Virus record (IMG/VR): IMGVR_UViG_3300030511_000001
Span: 17,634-81,633 of that record
Reading direction: 5' to 3' (one strand)
From: a virus
Taxonomy: Duplodnaviria > Caudoviricetes
Length of the DNA stretch: 64,000 nucleotides
Position 1 is the stretch's first letter, and every line of letters starts with the position of its first letter. Below are positions 53,594 to 62,370 of this stretch, piece after piece. The notes under the pieces were generated by a model. It saw nothing but the letters and a program-made list of their open reading frames with translations. It did not search any database and was not told the DNA's origin. Position numbers and translations under genes: made by a program.

Positions 53594-53988
53594 CGGCGGT
53601 CGTTGTCCTCGACCGTCTTCACAGGCAGCGCGAGATCGCCGCGTGGTGCGTGCAGGCATTCGGTGCCGGCCACGCGGCGTCCGTTCCTCAGCGTGCCGTT
53701 CGGCTGCTGGAGGAGGTGCTGGAAGCGTGTCAGGCCGCCGGCGTCGATCCGGACATGGCGCACCGCCTCGTCGACTTCGTCTATGCGCGGCCGTGCGGGG
53801 ACATCACGAAGGAGCTCGGCGGCGTGGGCGTCACGCTGCTCGCGCTGGCCGAAGCGTGCGGCGTCGACGCCGACGTCGAGGAGGTGCGCGAGATTCGCCG
53901 AGTGATGGCGAAGCCGCTTGCCGAGATGACAGCACGCAACGAAGCGAAGAACGCGGCAGGCTTCGCCGTGGCTGGCGGTGCGCAATGA
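53590..53988 (+). CDS. MazG-like nucleotide pyrophosphohydrolase
   Basis: RLLEEVLEA...KELGGV helical acidic motif. Confidence 0.6.
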   Translation: MTAVVVLDRLHRQREIAAWCVQAFGAGHAASVPQRAVRLLEEVLEACQAAGVDPDMAHRLVDFVYARPCGDITKELGGVGVTLLALAEACGVDADVEEVREIRRVMAKPLAEMTARNEAKNAAGFAVAGGAQ

Positions 53989-56735
53989 CGGCAGCCGCAC
54001 AGCTCCCGTGGGAAACCGAGGCGCAGCAACTCCGCATCCTCGGCCTGCATCGATCGAGACTTCGCCCGGGCGAGATCGGCGTCGACCTGTTCGCCGGCGG
54101 AGGCGGGTACTCGGAAGGCTATCAGTGGGCGGTCGGCATGCCGCCGGCGGTCGCGGTGAATCACGACGCCAACGCGATCGCGATGCACACGCTCAATCAC
54201 CCCGAGTCCGAACACTTCCTCGAGGATGTCTTTCACGTCGATCCTCTGCTCGCGGTTCGCGGGCGCCTCGTCGGGGTGCTGCACGGCAGTCCTGACTGCA
54301 CGCACTTCAGCCGGGCCAAGGGCTCGGTGCCGAAGTCGAAGAAGATTCGCGGCCTCGCCTGGGCGATCGTTCGGTGGGCGGCCGAAGTCTCGCCGCGCAT
54401 CCTTTCGCTCGAAAACGTCGAGGAGTTCATCACTTGGGGCCCGCTGCACGACACCCACAGCGGCGGATGCCGCGGCAAGGTGGACGAGTCGTGCCCGACG
54501 TACCGGAAGGGCTGCCACTTCGGCACGCCGATCAAAGCGCGCGCCGGCGAGACGTTCCGCGCGTTCGTGGCCTGCCTCACCACCGGCCTCGAGGCGGGGC
54601 ATCCGGCGTATGAGGACATGCACTTCGCGCTCGTCGGCGATCCTCCGGAGCCGTGCAAGCGCCACGTGCTGCGCCGCCGGCGGAACTGCGCGGCCTGCAT
54701 CGCGGTCGCAACGTCCGACTATCCCCGCATGCCGCTCGACCGCTACGCCGCGATCGTGGCGAAGTGCCAGGCCGGCCTCGGGTATGAGATCGAGTGGCGC
54801 ACGCTGCGCGCGAGCTACTTCGGCGCGCCGACCTCGAGGAAGCGTCTCTACGTCGTCGGCCGCCGCGATGGCGAGCGTCCGCGGTGGCCGCTGCCGACGC
54901 ACGGCCCCAAAGCGTACAAGCCCGAGCTCACGGCCGCGGACTGCATCAACTGGGCGGACCTCGGCGTTTCCATCTTCCTCACCGCCGAGGAGGCGCGCGC
55001 GTACGGCGTGAAACGCCCTCTGGCCGAGGCGACGCAGCGGCGCATCGCAGAGGGGATCCGGCGCTTCGTCCTGAACAACCCGAAGCCGTTCCTCGTCCCG
55101 TACCACAGCGCCAGGCGCCCCGATGAGACGCCGCGTGTGCACGACGTCGGCGACCCGCTCGCGACGCAGACGACGGAGAACCGCTTTGCAGTCGTCACGC
55201 CGACGCTGATGAGCAACAACACAAACAACGCGCCGCACTCGGTGGAGGAACCGCTCGGCGCGATCACGACGGGAAACCGGCACTTCGCCGTGGCCCCCAT
55301 GCTCACGCCGGCGCACTCGCACGGGTGGGACCGCGCCGGCGGCCCGAGCTGGCCGGTGGATCAGCCGGTCGGGACGGTCGTCGGGAAGGACGGGAAGGCG
55401 CTCGTCGCTCCGCAGCTCCTCAACGTCACGCATGGCGGCCGCATCGAGCCCGCCGACGAGCCGTTCAAAACGATCACGGCCGCGCACCGCGGCGAGAAGG
55501 CATTGATCGCGCCGGTGCTGACCCGGACGGCGCACGGCGAAGAAGGTCCGAACGGATCGAAGCGGTGGGGCAAGGGCGCGCACGAGATCGACGAGCCCGT
55601 GCCGACCGTTACCGGATCGAACGACTTCGCGCTCGTCGCGCCGACGCTCATCCAGACGAGCTACGGCGAGCGGGAGGGGCAGTCGCCGCGCGTGCTCGAC
55701 CTGCACGAACCGCTCGGCACCGTCGTCGCCGGCGGCGTGAAGCATGGCCTCGTCGACACGCTACTCGCCCGCGAGGAGGACGTCGCGGCGTTCCTCGTCC
55801 GCAACAACACCGGCATGAACGCCCGCGATCTGACGGAGGTAATGCCGACCGTCTGCGCGCGCGAGACCATGTCGCTCGGCCTGGCGCACCTGACGAAGTT
55901 CAACACGGGCAGCGTCGGGCAGCCGATCGATCAGCCGGTGCCGACGATCACCGCCGGCGACGGATCGAAGCGGCCCGCCGGCGCCGCCCACGGTCTCGGC
56001 GTCGTCACCGCGCACGTCGTCACGCACAACGGGCAGTCGATCGGCGCGGCGGCCGACGCGCCGGTTCCGACCGTCACCGCTGGCGGCATGGGACACCAGG
56101 GCGTCATCGCCACGCACATGCTCGGCGTCGAGCCGTGCCCCGACGACGACGGGGAGACGCGGTGGCACGTCCCGACCGGCTACTGCGTCAACGCGGACGG
56201 CCTCCGCGAGTACGTGCGGCTGCAGGAGATCGAGGCCGCGGAGCTCGCGGCGGCGATCCACGTGACGAAGTTCAACGGGACGTCCGAAGCCGGAGCGCCC
56301 ATCGACGAGCCGTTGCACACAGTGACGAGCGGCGGCAACCGCGGCGGCGGGCATCACGGCGTGGCCGCGGTGCATCTCGCGAAGTATTACGGCTCCGACG
56401 AACACGGCCAAGCGGCCGATGAACCGCTGCACACCATCCCGACCGTCGACCGTTTCGCGCTCGTCGCCGCGTTCCTCCGCAAGTTCGATGTGATCGACGA
56501 CGACCGGCCGTACGTCACGGTCACGATCGAGGGCGAGACGTTCATCCTCTACGACATCGCCATGCGCATGCTTCAGCCGCGCGAGCTGGCGCGCGCGCAG
56601 GGCTTCCCCGACACCTACCAGCTCATCGGCACGAAGTCTCAGCAGGTCGCGCGCATCGGAAACAGCGTGTGCCCGCACGTCGCTGCAGCAATCGTTCGCG
56701 CGAACCTCGACAGCGAGGAGGAAGTGTGGAACTGA
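53985..56735 (+). CDS. C5 DNA cytosine methyltransferase with a repeat-expanded variable region
   Basis: DLFAGGGG, SPDC, ENV, R.RLY, RMLQPRELARAQGF, IGNSVCP. Confidence 0.9.
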   Translation: MTAAAQLPWETEAQQLRILGLHRSRLRPGEIGVDLFAGGGGYSEGYQWAVGMPPAVAVNHDANAIAMHTLNHPESEHFLEDVFHVDPLLAVRGRLVGVLHGSPDCTHFSRAKGSVPKSKKIRGLAWAIVRWAAEVSPRILSLENVEEFITWGPLHDTHSGGCRGKVDESCPTYRKGCHFGTPIKARAGETFRAFVACLTTGLEAGHPAYEDMHFALVGDPPEPCKRHVLRRRRNCAACIAVATSDYPRMPLDRYAAIVAKCQAGLGYEIEWRTLRASYFGAPTSRKRLYVVGRRDGERPRWPLPTHGPKAYKPELTAADCINWADLGVSIFLTAEEARAYGVKRPLAEATQRRIAEGIRRFVLNNPKPFLVPYHSARRPDETPRVHDVGDPLATQTTENRFAVVTPTLMSNNTNNAPHSVEEPLGAITTGNRHFAVAPMLTPAHSHGWDRAGGPSWPVDQPVGTVVGKDGKALVAPQLLNVTHGGRIEPADEPFKTITAAHRGEKALIAPVLTRTAHGEEGPNGSKRWGKGAHEIDEPVPTVTGSNDFALVAPTLIQTSYGEREGQSPRVLDLHEPLGTVVAGGVKHGLVDTLLAREEDVAAFLVRNNTGMNARDLTEVMPTVCARETMSLGLAHLTKFNTGSVGQPIDQPVPTITAGDGSKRPAGAAHGLGVVTAHVVTHNGQSIGAAADAPVPTVTAGGMGHQGVIATHMLGVEPCPDDDGETRWHVPTGYCVNADGLREYVRLQEIEAAELAAAIHVTKFNGTSEAGAPIDEPLHTVTSGGNRGGGHHGVAAVHLAKYYGSDEHGQAADEPLHTIPTVDRFALVAAFLRKFDVIDDDRPYVTVTIEGETFILYDIAMRMLQPRELARAQGFPDTYQLIGTKSQQVARIGNSVCPHVAAAIVRANLDSEEEVWN

Positions 56736-57190
56736 CGAACATCCTGACCGAAGAAAGCGGCGAATACGTCCGCGGCATGCAGACGACCGTGCTGCCGTTC
56801 ACGTGGTCGGAGGAGTGGATGGTGCCGCCCGTGCGCATTCCGGGCGATCCCGATGTCTGCGAGTTCTTCTTCCCGCTCCTCAACGGCACGAACAACGTCG
56901 TCGGGTGCAAGCTCTCCTCGGCGAGCCGGAACGCCGGCGTTCACTTCTTCGTGCCGGTGAACCGAGTGTGGGCCGTGCGCGTCCGCGTCTGCGCCATCCA
57001 CGCCGCGGTGCTGCGCCGCCTCTGCACTCCCGACATCGGTGTCGCGCTTTGCAACGTGTCGATCGACGGCCAGGCGGAACCGTGCGGACGCCCGTGGGAC
57101 GACATCTACCACGGTCCCGAGGAACTGTGCGCGGCGTGCCGGGTGAAGACGCCCGGCCATGATCCCGACCGGCATCACGACTTTTCGTAA
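56726..57190 (+). CDS. hypothetical protein
   Basis: SD GAGGAGG; GTG start. Confidence 0.55.
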   Translation: MELTNILTEESGEYVRGMQTTVLPFTWSEEWMVPPVRIPGDPDVCEFFFPLLNGTNNVVGCKLSSASRNAGVHFFVPVNRVWAVRVRVCAIHAAVLRRLCTPDIGVALCNVSIDGQAEPCGRPWDDIYHGPEELCAACRVKTPGHDPDRHHDFS

Positions 57191-57201
57191 GGAGGCCACC
57201 C

Positions 57202-57603
57202 GTGAAAGCGTTCCAGTACGTCAACGGCTCGCACCGCCGCGTCGTTCATGAGGACGAGATTCTGCCGTCGCTCAACGGGCCGGACGGCGCCAATGTCCAG
57301 AAGGTGCTCGCGCTCGAGCTCAAAGAATCCGTGACGTTTCCGAGCGGCGCGACGTGGACGCGCGTCGAGGATGACGCACCGAAGCTCCACACGATCGTTT
57401 GCAACCGCCGCACGACCACGCCCTGCAAGTATTGCAATGCGCCCCACACGAAGCTCTGCGACTACCCGGTCGAGCGGAACGGCAAGGCCGGCACGTGCGA
57501 TATCCCGATGTGTGATCGCTGCGCGCAGCGCGGCGGCGCGAACATCGACTACTGCCGCCCGCACGCGAAGATGATGCGCACGGGCGGAGCTGCTGCGAGA
57601 TGA
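57202..57603 (+). CDS. hypothetical Cys-rich protein
   Basis: SD AAGGAGG; CKYC..LCD..CD..MC..C...C..H. Confidence 0.7.
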   Translation: MKAFQYVNGSHRRVVHEDEILPSLNGPDGANVQKVLALELKESVTFPSGATWTRVEDDAPKLHTIVCNRRTTTPCKYCNAPHTKLCDYPVERNGKAGTCDIPMCDRCAQRGGANIDYCRPHAKMMRTGGAAAR

Positions 57604-57615
57604 AGGAGGAGACCG

Positions 57616-58086
57616 ATGCAGTTCACCGATGAACAGATCAGAGCCGCGGCGGCCGCCATCGCCAACGCGCGCGCGGGGCGGCGCGGAGCGCCGCCCGTCA
57701 GCAACGTGCTCGACATTCTGAAGGGCCTGCAAGGCGCAGCGACGGGCGGATCGCTCTACGACGAGGTGATGGACGACGCGCGCGTGGCGCTCGAGGCCGC
57801 GGCACAGGCGCTCACCGATCAGCGCCAGGCGGCCGCGAATGCGTTCCCTCTACCGCACATCATCAAAGTCGCGCGCATCCCCACCGCCGAGCTCCTGCGC
57901 GATCGTGGTGGCCGCGGGCGGGTGTTCGACGCCTTCGTCACGATGGTCGGCGAGTCGGTGAGCGGAGATCACCCGCTCCTCCGGCTGCCGGCTGACAATC
58001 CCGAGGGCGGCGCGCCGCTCGAGCTGACCCTCATCCTTCATCCGCCGTTTCCGAAGGCCGACGCCGAGGAGGACCGCTCTCAATGA
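57616..58086 (+). CDS. hypothetical protein
   Basis: SD GGAGGAG. Confidence 0.65.
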   Translation: MQFTDEQIRAAAAAIANARAGRRGAPPVSNVLDILKGLQGAATGGSLYDEVMDDARVALEAAAQALTDQRQAAANAFPLPHIIKVARIPTAELLRDRGGRGRVFDAFVTMVGESVSGDHPLLRLPADNPEGGAPLELTLILHPPFPKADAEEDRSQ

Positions 58087-58463
58087 AGCAACAGGACACC
58101 GTCCCCGTCATGGCGAACATCGTTCCGTGGAACGAGGCCATTCTCCGCGGCATCCGAACGTTCAAGACGCTCCATTTCAATTGGTCGTACCGCGGCCCTC
58201 TCGTGCTCTACAACAGCCACGGCGATCCTGACGCCGACGACATCGTCTACGGCGCCACGCACGACATCAAGATCGACCTGCAGAGCCGCGGGTTCATCGT
58301 CGGCGTCGTCGACGTGGTCGACTGCGTCGATGCACGCGAGGAGGACGGCCACTGGCACGTCGAGTTGCGCAACCCGCGGCGAGTCGACCCAGTGCCATAC
58401 AAGCCGACGCGCGGATCGATTCGTATCTCACGCATGCCCCGTTCGTCCGCGCCATGGCTCTGA
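58083..58463 (+). CDS. ASCH/PUA-like domain protein
   Basis: PW..AILRG...YRGPLVL...G.IVGVVDVVDC..W.L.NP. Confidence 0.7.
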   Translation: MKQQDTVPVMANIVPWNEAILRGIRTFKTLHFNWSYRGPLVLYNSHGDPDADDIVYGATHDIKIDLQSRGFIVGVVDVVDCVDAREEDGHWHVELRNPRRVDPVPYKPTRGSIRISRMPRSSAPWL

Positions 58464-58840
58464 ACTGGGAAGCGATCCGCACCGGCCTGATTGCTCTGCG
58501 CATGAGCATCGGTCTGACGCAGAAGGGGCTCGCCGATGCGTGCGGCGTCGGCGAGAAAACCCTGAGCAGCTACGAATCGGGGAAGCGCCTGAAGTCCCTG
58601 AAGCTCTGGCAGCTCGAGGCGATCGTCGTGGCATGCGGATCGACGCTCGCCGACTTCTTCGCCGCGATCGCGCAGACGCGAGAGGTTGAGGACGCGGAGA
58701 TGTCCGATGACGATCTCGACGCGCTGGTCGAGGCGATCGCCGGCGGCGGCGGTTCGTTCTCCTCCTATCCGACGCCACAGAGTTCCTTGAGCCCTCATGC
58801 ACGGAACGTCATCCACATCGGCCGCCGTCATTCGTCATAG
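58454..58840 (+). CDS. XRE-family HTH regulator
   Basis: LRMSIGLTQKGLADACGVGEKTLSSYESG. Confidence 0.85.
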   Translation: MALNWEAIRTGLIALRMSIGLTQKGLADACGVGEKTLSSYESGKRLKSLKLWQLEAIVVACGSTLADFFAAIAQTREVEDAEMSDDDLDALVEAIAGGGGSFSSYPTPQSSLSPHARNVIHIGRRHSS

Positions 58841-58848
58841 TGTAGAAT
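58830..58848 (+). promoter_or_regulatory. class II motif / promoter
   Basis: ATTCGTCATAGTGTAGAAT, ATG 7 nt downstream. Confidence 0.75.
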
Positions 58849-58855
58849 GGCCGCC

Positions 58856-59566
58856 ATGGTTGTCCGGCCATGGGAACAGCAGCCCCGCCCCCTCACTCGC
58901 GCCGAACGTCACGCCTTGGACGTCGGCGTTACGTTCGATGAAGAGAAGCACCTCTACACGCTGAACGGCCGCCGGCTGCTCGGCGTGACGAAGGTGCTGA
59001 ACCTCGTCGGCTACTACGACTTCAGCAACATCGACCCGATCTATCGTGACCGCGGAAAGGACGCGCACAGCGCCGTGCACTACGCGATGGAGGGTGATCT
59101 CGACCGCGCGCACCTCGAGGCCGCCGCCGAGCGCGGCGCCATGAACCTGATTCCGTACGTCGACGCCGCCGAGAAGTTCGTGCTGGAAAACGACATCGAG
59201 ATCATCCACCCGGAGGCGATCCTGGTGGCGGCGAAGATCGGATTCGCCGGTAAGGCCGACGCCTTCGGATTCGTGCGGAAGCGCCGATCGCTCTGTGTGT
59301 TTGACTGGAAGCTCGGCGATCTGATCGACGCGTACGGCATCCAGCTCGCCGCGTACAAGCTGGCGTGGTGGGAGATGTCGAAGGAGCTCGTCGCTCACCG
59401 CTACTGCGTGAAGCTCCTGCCGGATGGCAACTACAAGGTCCGTGAGTATCCGATGCGCGAGGCCGCGCGCGACGAGCGGCGCTTCCTCGACGCGGTCGGC
59501 GTCGTGAACACGCGGCTGGAACTCGGCACCCTGAAACCTGCCGAGGTGTGGGCGGAGGCGGCGTAA
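58856..59566 (+). CDS. PD-(D/E)XK exonuclease (RecB/Cas4-like)
   Basis: GVTKVL, RG..AH, E, AGKADA, FDWK, QLAAY. Confidence 0.8.
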   Translation: MVVRPWEQQPRPLTRAERHALDVGVTFDEEKHLYTLNGRRLLGVTKVLNLVGYYDFSNIDPIYRDRGKDAHSAVHYAMEGDLDRAHLEAAAERGAMNLIPYVDAAEKFVLENDIEIIHPEAILVAAKIGFAGKADAFGFVRKRRSLCVFDWKLGDLIDAYGIQLAAYKLAWWEMSKELVAHRYCVKLLPDGNYKVREYPMREAARDERRFLDAVGVVNTRLELGTLKPAEVWAEAA

Positions 59567-59604
59567 TTGGTGCCTAACTGGTGCCTAACATGGTTGCGTT
59601 CCGC

Positions 59605-59623
59605 ATTCGTCATAGCGTAGAAT
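59605..59623 (+). promoter_or_regulatory. class II motif / promoter
   Basis: TTGCGT-18-TAGAAT; ATTCGTCATAGCGTAGAAT. Confidence 0.8.
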
Positions 59624-59657
59624 GCGAGCATCACCGACAAACGAAGGGAGTGGACAT

Positions 59658-60692
59658 ATGGACGGTTCCGACACTGCACAAGATGTTGTGCAGGCCACCA
59701 TCATCGAAACGCCGGAGGAGTTGCGGCAGGAAATCGTCGCCGTCACCACGGAAGCGCGTGGGCTAGTGGTGACGAACGATGAACAGCTCGCGAAGGCGGA
59801 TGCCATCCGTGCGCGCGCGAAGAAGGTCATCACCGCCATCCAGGGCATCTACAAAGAGCCGAAAGCGGACAAGCGCAAGGAATGGCTCGACGTAGTGGCC
59901 GAGGAAAACTTCATGCTCGCGGCGCCTACGGAGGTTGTCACGGCGTGCGACGGCGTGATGAAGCCGTATCTGCGCGAGCAGGAGATCGCGGCGGAGAAGG
60001 AGCGCAAGCGCCTCGAGGACGAAGCGCGGCGCGAAGCCGAGGACCGGCGCCGACAGGAAGCCGAAGCCGCGCGGCGCGAAGCCGAGGAGCGCGCACAGCA
60101 GGAACGTGAGGAAGCTGAGCGTCGCGCCGAGGACCAGAAGCGCGTGGCCGCCGAACTGGCCCGGAAGATCGAGGAAGAGGCGCTGCAGCGTGCGGACGAG
60201 CTCGAGCGCGCCGGGAAGAAAGACGAGGCCGCGGCCGTCCTCCGCGATGCCGAGCAGCGCCGCGACAACGTGCTCGATGAAGCGAAGGAGGTGGTCGACC
60301 AGGTGAAGAAGGACGCCGAGGACGTGGCCGCGCGTACCGAAGCTGAGGGCCGTGCGATCGCGGAGGAGATCGCGAGCGCGCCCGTGCAGCGCATGCACGT
60401 CGCTGCGCCGGCGGCCCCGCGCATGGCATCGTCGTCGGCCGCCAAAACATACAAGTGCGACCGGGTGAAGGCCGTGCGTCCGGAGAACAAGCTCCGCATG
60501 CTCAAATTCATCGTCTCGGAGGCCGAGCGCGGCAACTGGGGACCGATGGCTTGGGTGGATCACAACTTCGGGCGGATCGACAGCGCGGCGCGCGACTCAA
60601 AAGAGATGTTCCCGGCAGAGGAGACCAGTGGTCTCGATGTCGGTCTCGACGTCGGCATCCGCAGCAAGAGCACAAAGGCGGTCCCGTCATGA
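59658..60692 (+). CDS. long coiled-coil phage protein
   Basis: SD AAGGGAG; extended E/R/A-rich coiled coil. Confidence 0.75.
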   Translation: MDGSDTAQDVVQATIIETPEELRQEIVAVTTEARGLVVTNDEQLAKADAIRARAKKVITAIQGIYKEPKADKRKEWLDVVAEENFMLAAPTEVVTACDGVMKPYLREQEIAAEKERKRLEDEARREAEDRRRQEAEAARREAEERAQQEREEAERRAEDQKRVAAELARKIEEEALQRADELERAGKKDEAAAVLRDAEQRRDNVLDEAKEVVDQVKKDAEDVAARTEAEGRAIAEEIASAPVQRMHVAAPAAPRMASSSAAKTYKCDRVKAVRPENKLRMLKFIVSEAERGNWGPMAWVDHNFGRIDSAARDSKEMFPAEETSGLDVGLDVGIRSKSTKAVPS

Positions 60693-60928
60693 GCGCGCAC
60701 ACCGCTGCGATGCTGTTCATTCTCCGCGAGCACTTCGGCTCCCGGCGTCTGATGCCGGGCTGCCGACATCGGATCGGCGATGCCTTCGAAAACGTGAAGG
60801 TGTCGATCGCACGTGACCGGAACGGCGGCCAGCGATTCCGTTTCCGCTGCCGGAAGTGCTCCAACGCCGGGTCCGCACTCGCCATGCAACGCCTACGCGC
60901 GCGTCTCGCTCGGGCGGTGCCGAGATGA
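60689..60928 (+). CDS. small Zn-ribbon protein
   Basis: GC.H...CRKC. Confidence 0.6.
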   Translation: MSAHTAAMLFILREHFGSRRLMPGCRHRIGDAFENVKVSIARDRNGGQRFRFRCRKCSNAGSALAMQRLRARLARAVPR

Positions 60929-61293
60929 AGTCGCTACTCTCCGCCGCGTTGCGTCTCGTCGATCGAGAGACCGCGCACGAGCCCGAAGCAAACGGGTTTC
61001 AGATCGAGTGCCCCGATGGCCTGATGGTCTATCGCGACGAGACCGGAGCGCCGCTGCCAGGCGTGGAGTTCGACGAGTACGGCACGCCGATCGCCGGCGG
61101 CGAGTTCATTCCTTGCGGGCGGCAGGTCGTTCACAACGGCTGCTGCCCGCGCTGTGGTGGTCGGAGTTGGATTCCCGCAGCTCCCGCCGCGACCTCACCC
61201 ATGGATCTCCGCACGAAGCTCGAGCAGCTACGAAACGAGCGTACGGCCGAAGCGGAGAAAACGGCGGCGTTGATCGCCGCGAAATTCGATTGA
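60925..61293 (+). CDS. hypothetical Zn-ribbon protein
   Basis: C...C...CPRCG. Confidence 0.6.
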   Translation: MKSLLSAALRLVDRETAHEPEANGFQIECPDGLMVYRDETGAPLPGVEFDEYGTPIAGGEFIPCGRQVVHNGCCPRCGGRSWIPAAPAATSPMDLRTKLEQLRNERTAEAEKTAALIAAKFD

Positions 61294-61299
61294 CGAAAG

Positions 61300-61575
61300 G
61301 ACATTCGACGTCACGTGCAACGCTGTGGAAATCTTGCGGATCGACCTGCTGAAAAAGGCTCAACGGACCCGAGCCTGTGTAAATCCTCTTTCCTCTCCGC
61401 ATCTTTTCCGCGCAGTTTTCCGCAGCTACACCGCCCGCCTAACGTCCGCAGTTTCACAGCGTTATACGTGGCGTCGAATGGTTTTCCACAACGGATGCTA
61501 ACCACTACTACCTCTACAAGAGAGAAAGAATCTATTTCTCAGGAGACGGAAGGGACCGTCGCCACTGTGGAAATC
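61300..61575. other. putative oriC-like replication origin
   Basis: DnaA-box-like 9-mers (TTTTCCACA at 61482-61490 plus near matches), trio-like CCACTACTACCTCTAC tract, AT-rich stretch, two class II motifs. Confidence 0.65.
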
Positions 61576-62370
61576 GACCCCTCGCGGCCATGGATGCTCC
61601 TGAAGAATTGCGCCGACTGCGGCACGCCCGTTCTGCTCGTGAAGCGTGGGCGCTTCTGCAAGCTGTGCCGCTTCAAGCCTGGCAACCGGAAACCAGTGAA
61701 TCGGCGGCGGTACATCATCACGCCGGCGATCGAGCAGAAGATCCGCGACGAGTTCGTGCCGAATGAGACGGGGTGCGCCGAGCGTCTGGCGAAGGAGCTC
61801 GGGTGGCATGTCGAATACCTGCGCGGTCGTGCACGCGCGCTCGGCCTGACCCGGCCGGCTTCGCCGTGGACGGCGATCGAGTGCAAGGTACTCGACGAAT
61901 ACGCCGGCAAGCGATCGGCGAAGTGGATCGCCGAGCAGATCAACAGCACCGTGAAGGGCGCAAACCGGAGCCCGTCTCAGGTCGAGGAGAAGATGCGCCG
62001 CATGGGCCTCGAGGTGGCGGTCAAGAGCGGCGACTACAACGCCGCGCAGCTCGCGCAGTGCTTCGGCGTAGCAGGCCACACGGTCGAGACGTGGATCGCG
62101 AAGGAGTGGCTGAAGGCTGAGCGGTCGGAGATCGCCAACGGCATGCGGTTCCCCTGGGTGATTCACGAGGCCGACGTCGTGCGGTTCATCTTCACGCACC
62201 CGCGCGCGTTCGTGCTGCGCAAGGTGGATCAGACTTGGTTTCTCGACATCATGGCCGAGCATGTGCGCGCGGCCGTGGCAGCAGCCGAACAGAAAAAGGT
62301 GGCCTCGCGCAAGGGCCCGCACCGAGCCGTGCGCGTCGATCACACGCGGGAGCGCGCGTGGCTCGCATAA
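61567..62370 (+). CDS. multi-HTH DNA-binding protein (Zn ribbon, Myb-like repeats, MerR/Xis-like HTH)
   Basis: CADC..CKLC; WTAIE.KVL..YAG..S...IA; AQLAQCFGV...TVETWI; start uncertain (61567 or 61594). Confidence 0.7.
   Translation: MEIDPSRPWMLLKNCADCGTPVLLVKRGRFCKLCRFKPGNRKPVNRRRYIITPAIEQKIRDEFVPNETGCAERLAKELGWHVEYLRGRARALGLTRPASPWTAIECKVLDEYAGKRSAKWIAEQINSTVKGANRSPSQVEEKMRRMGLEVAVKSGDYNAAQLAQCFGVAGHTVETWIAKEWLKAERSEIANGMRFPWVIHEADVVRFIFTHPRAFVLRKVDQTWFLDIMAEHVRAAVAAAEQKKVASRKGPHRAVRVDHTRERAWLA

Noticed and set aside
54430-54790. Intein in the DNA methyltransferase (Cys-rich insertions)
   Set aside because: No C/S start with HN end splice motifs and no LAGLIDADG blocks.
61315-61566. N-terminal 84-aa extension of ORF 61315-62370
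   Set aside because: Low-complexity S/T-rich translation across the origin-like AT-rich region; a downstream start is more plausible.
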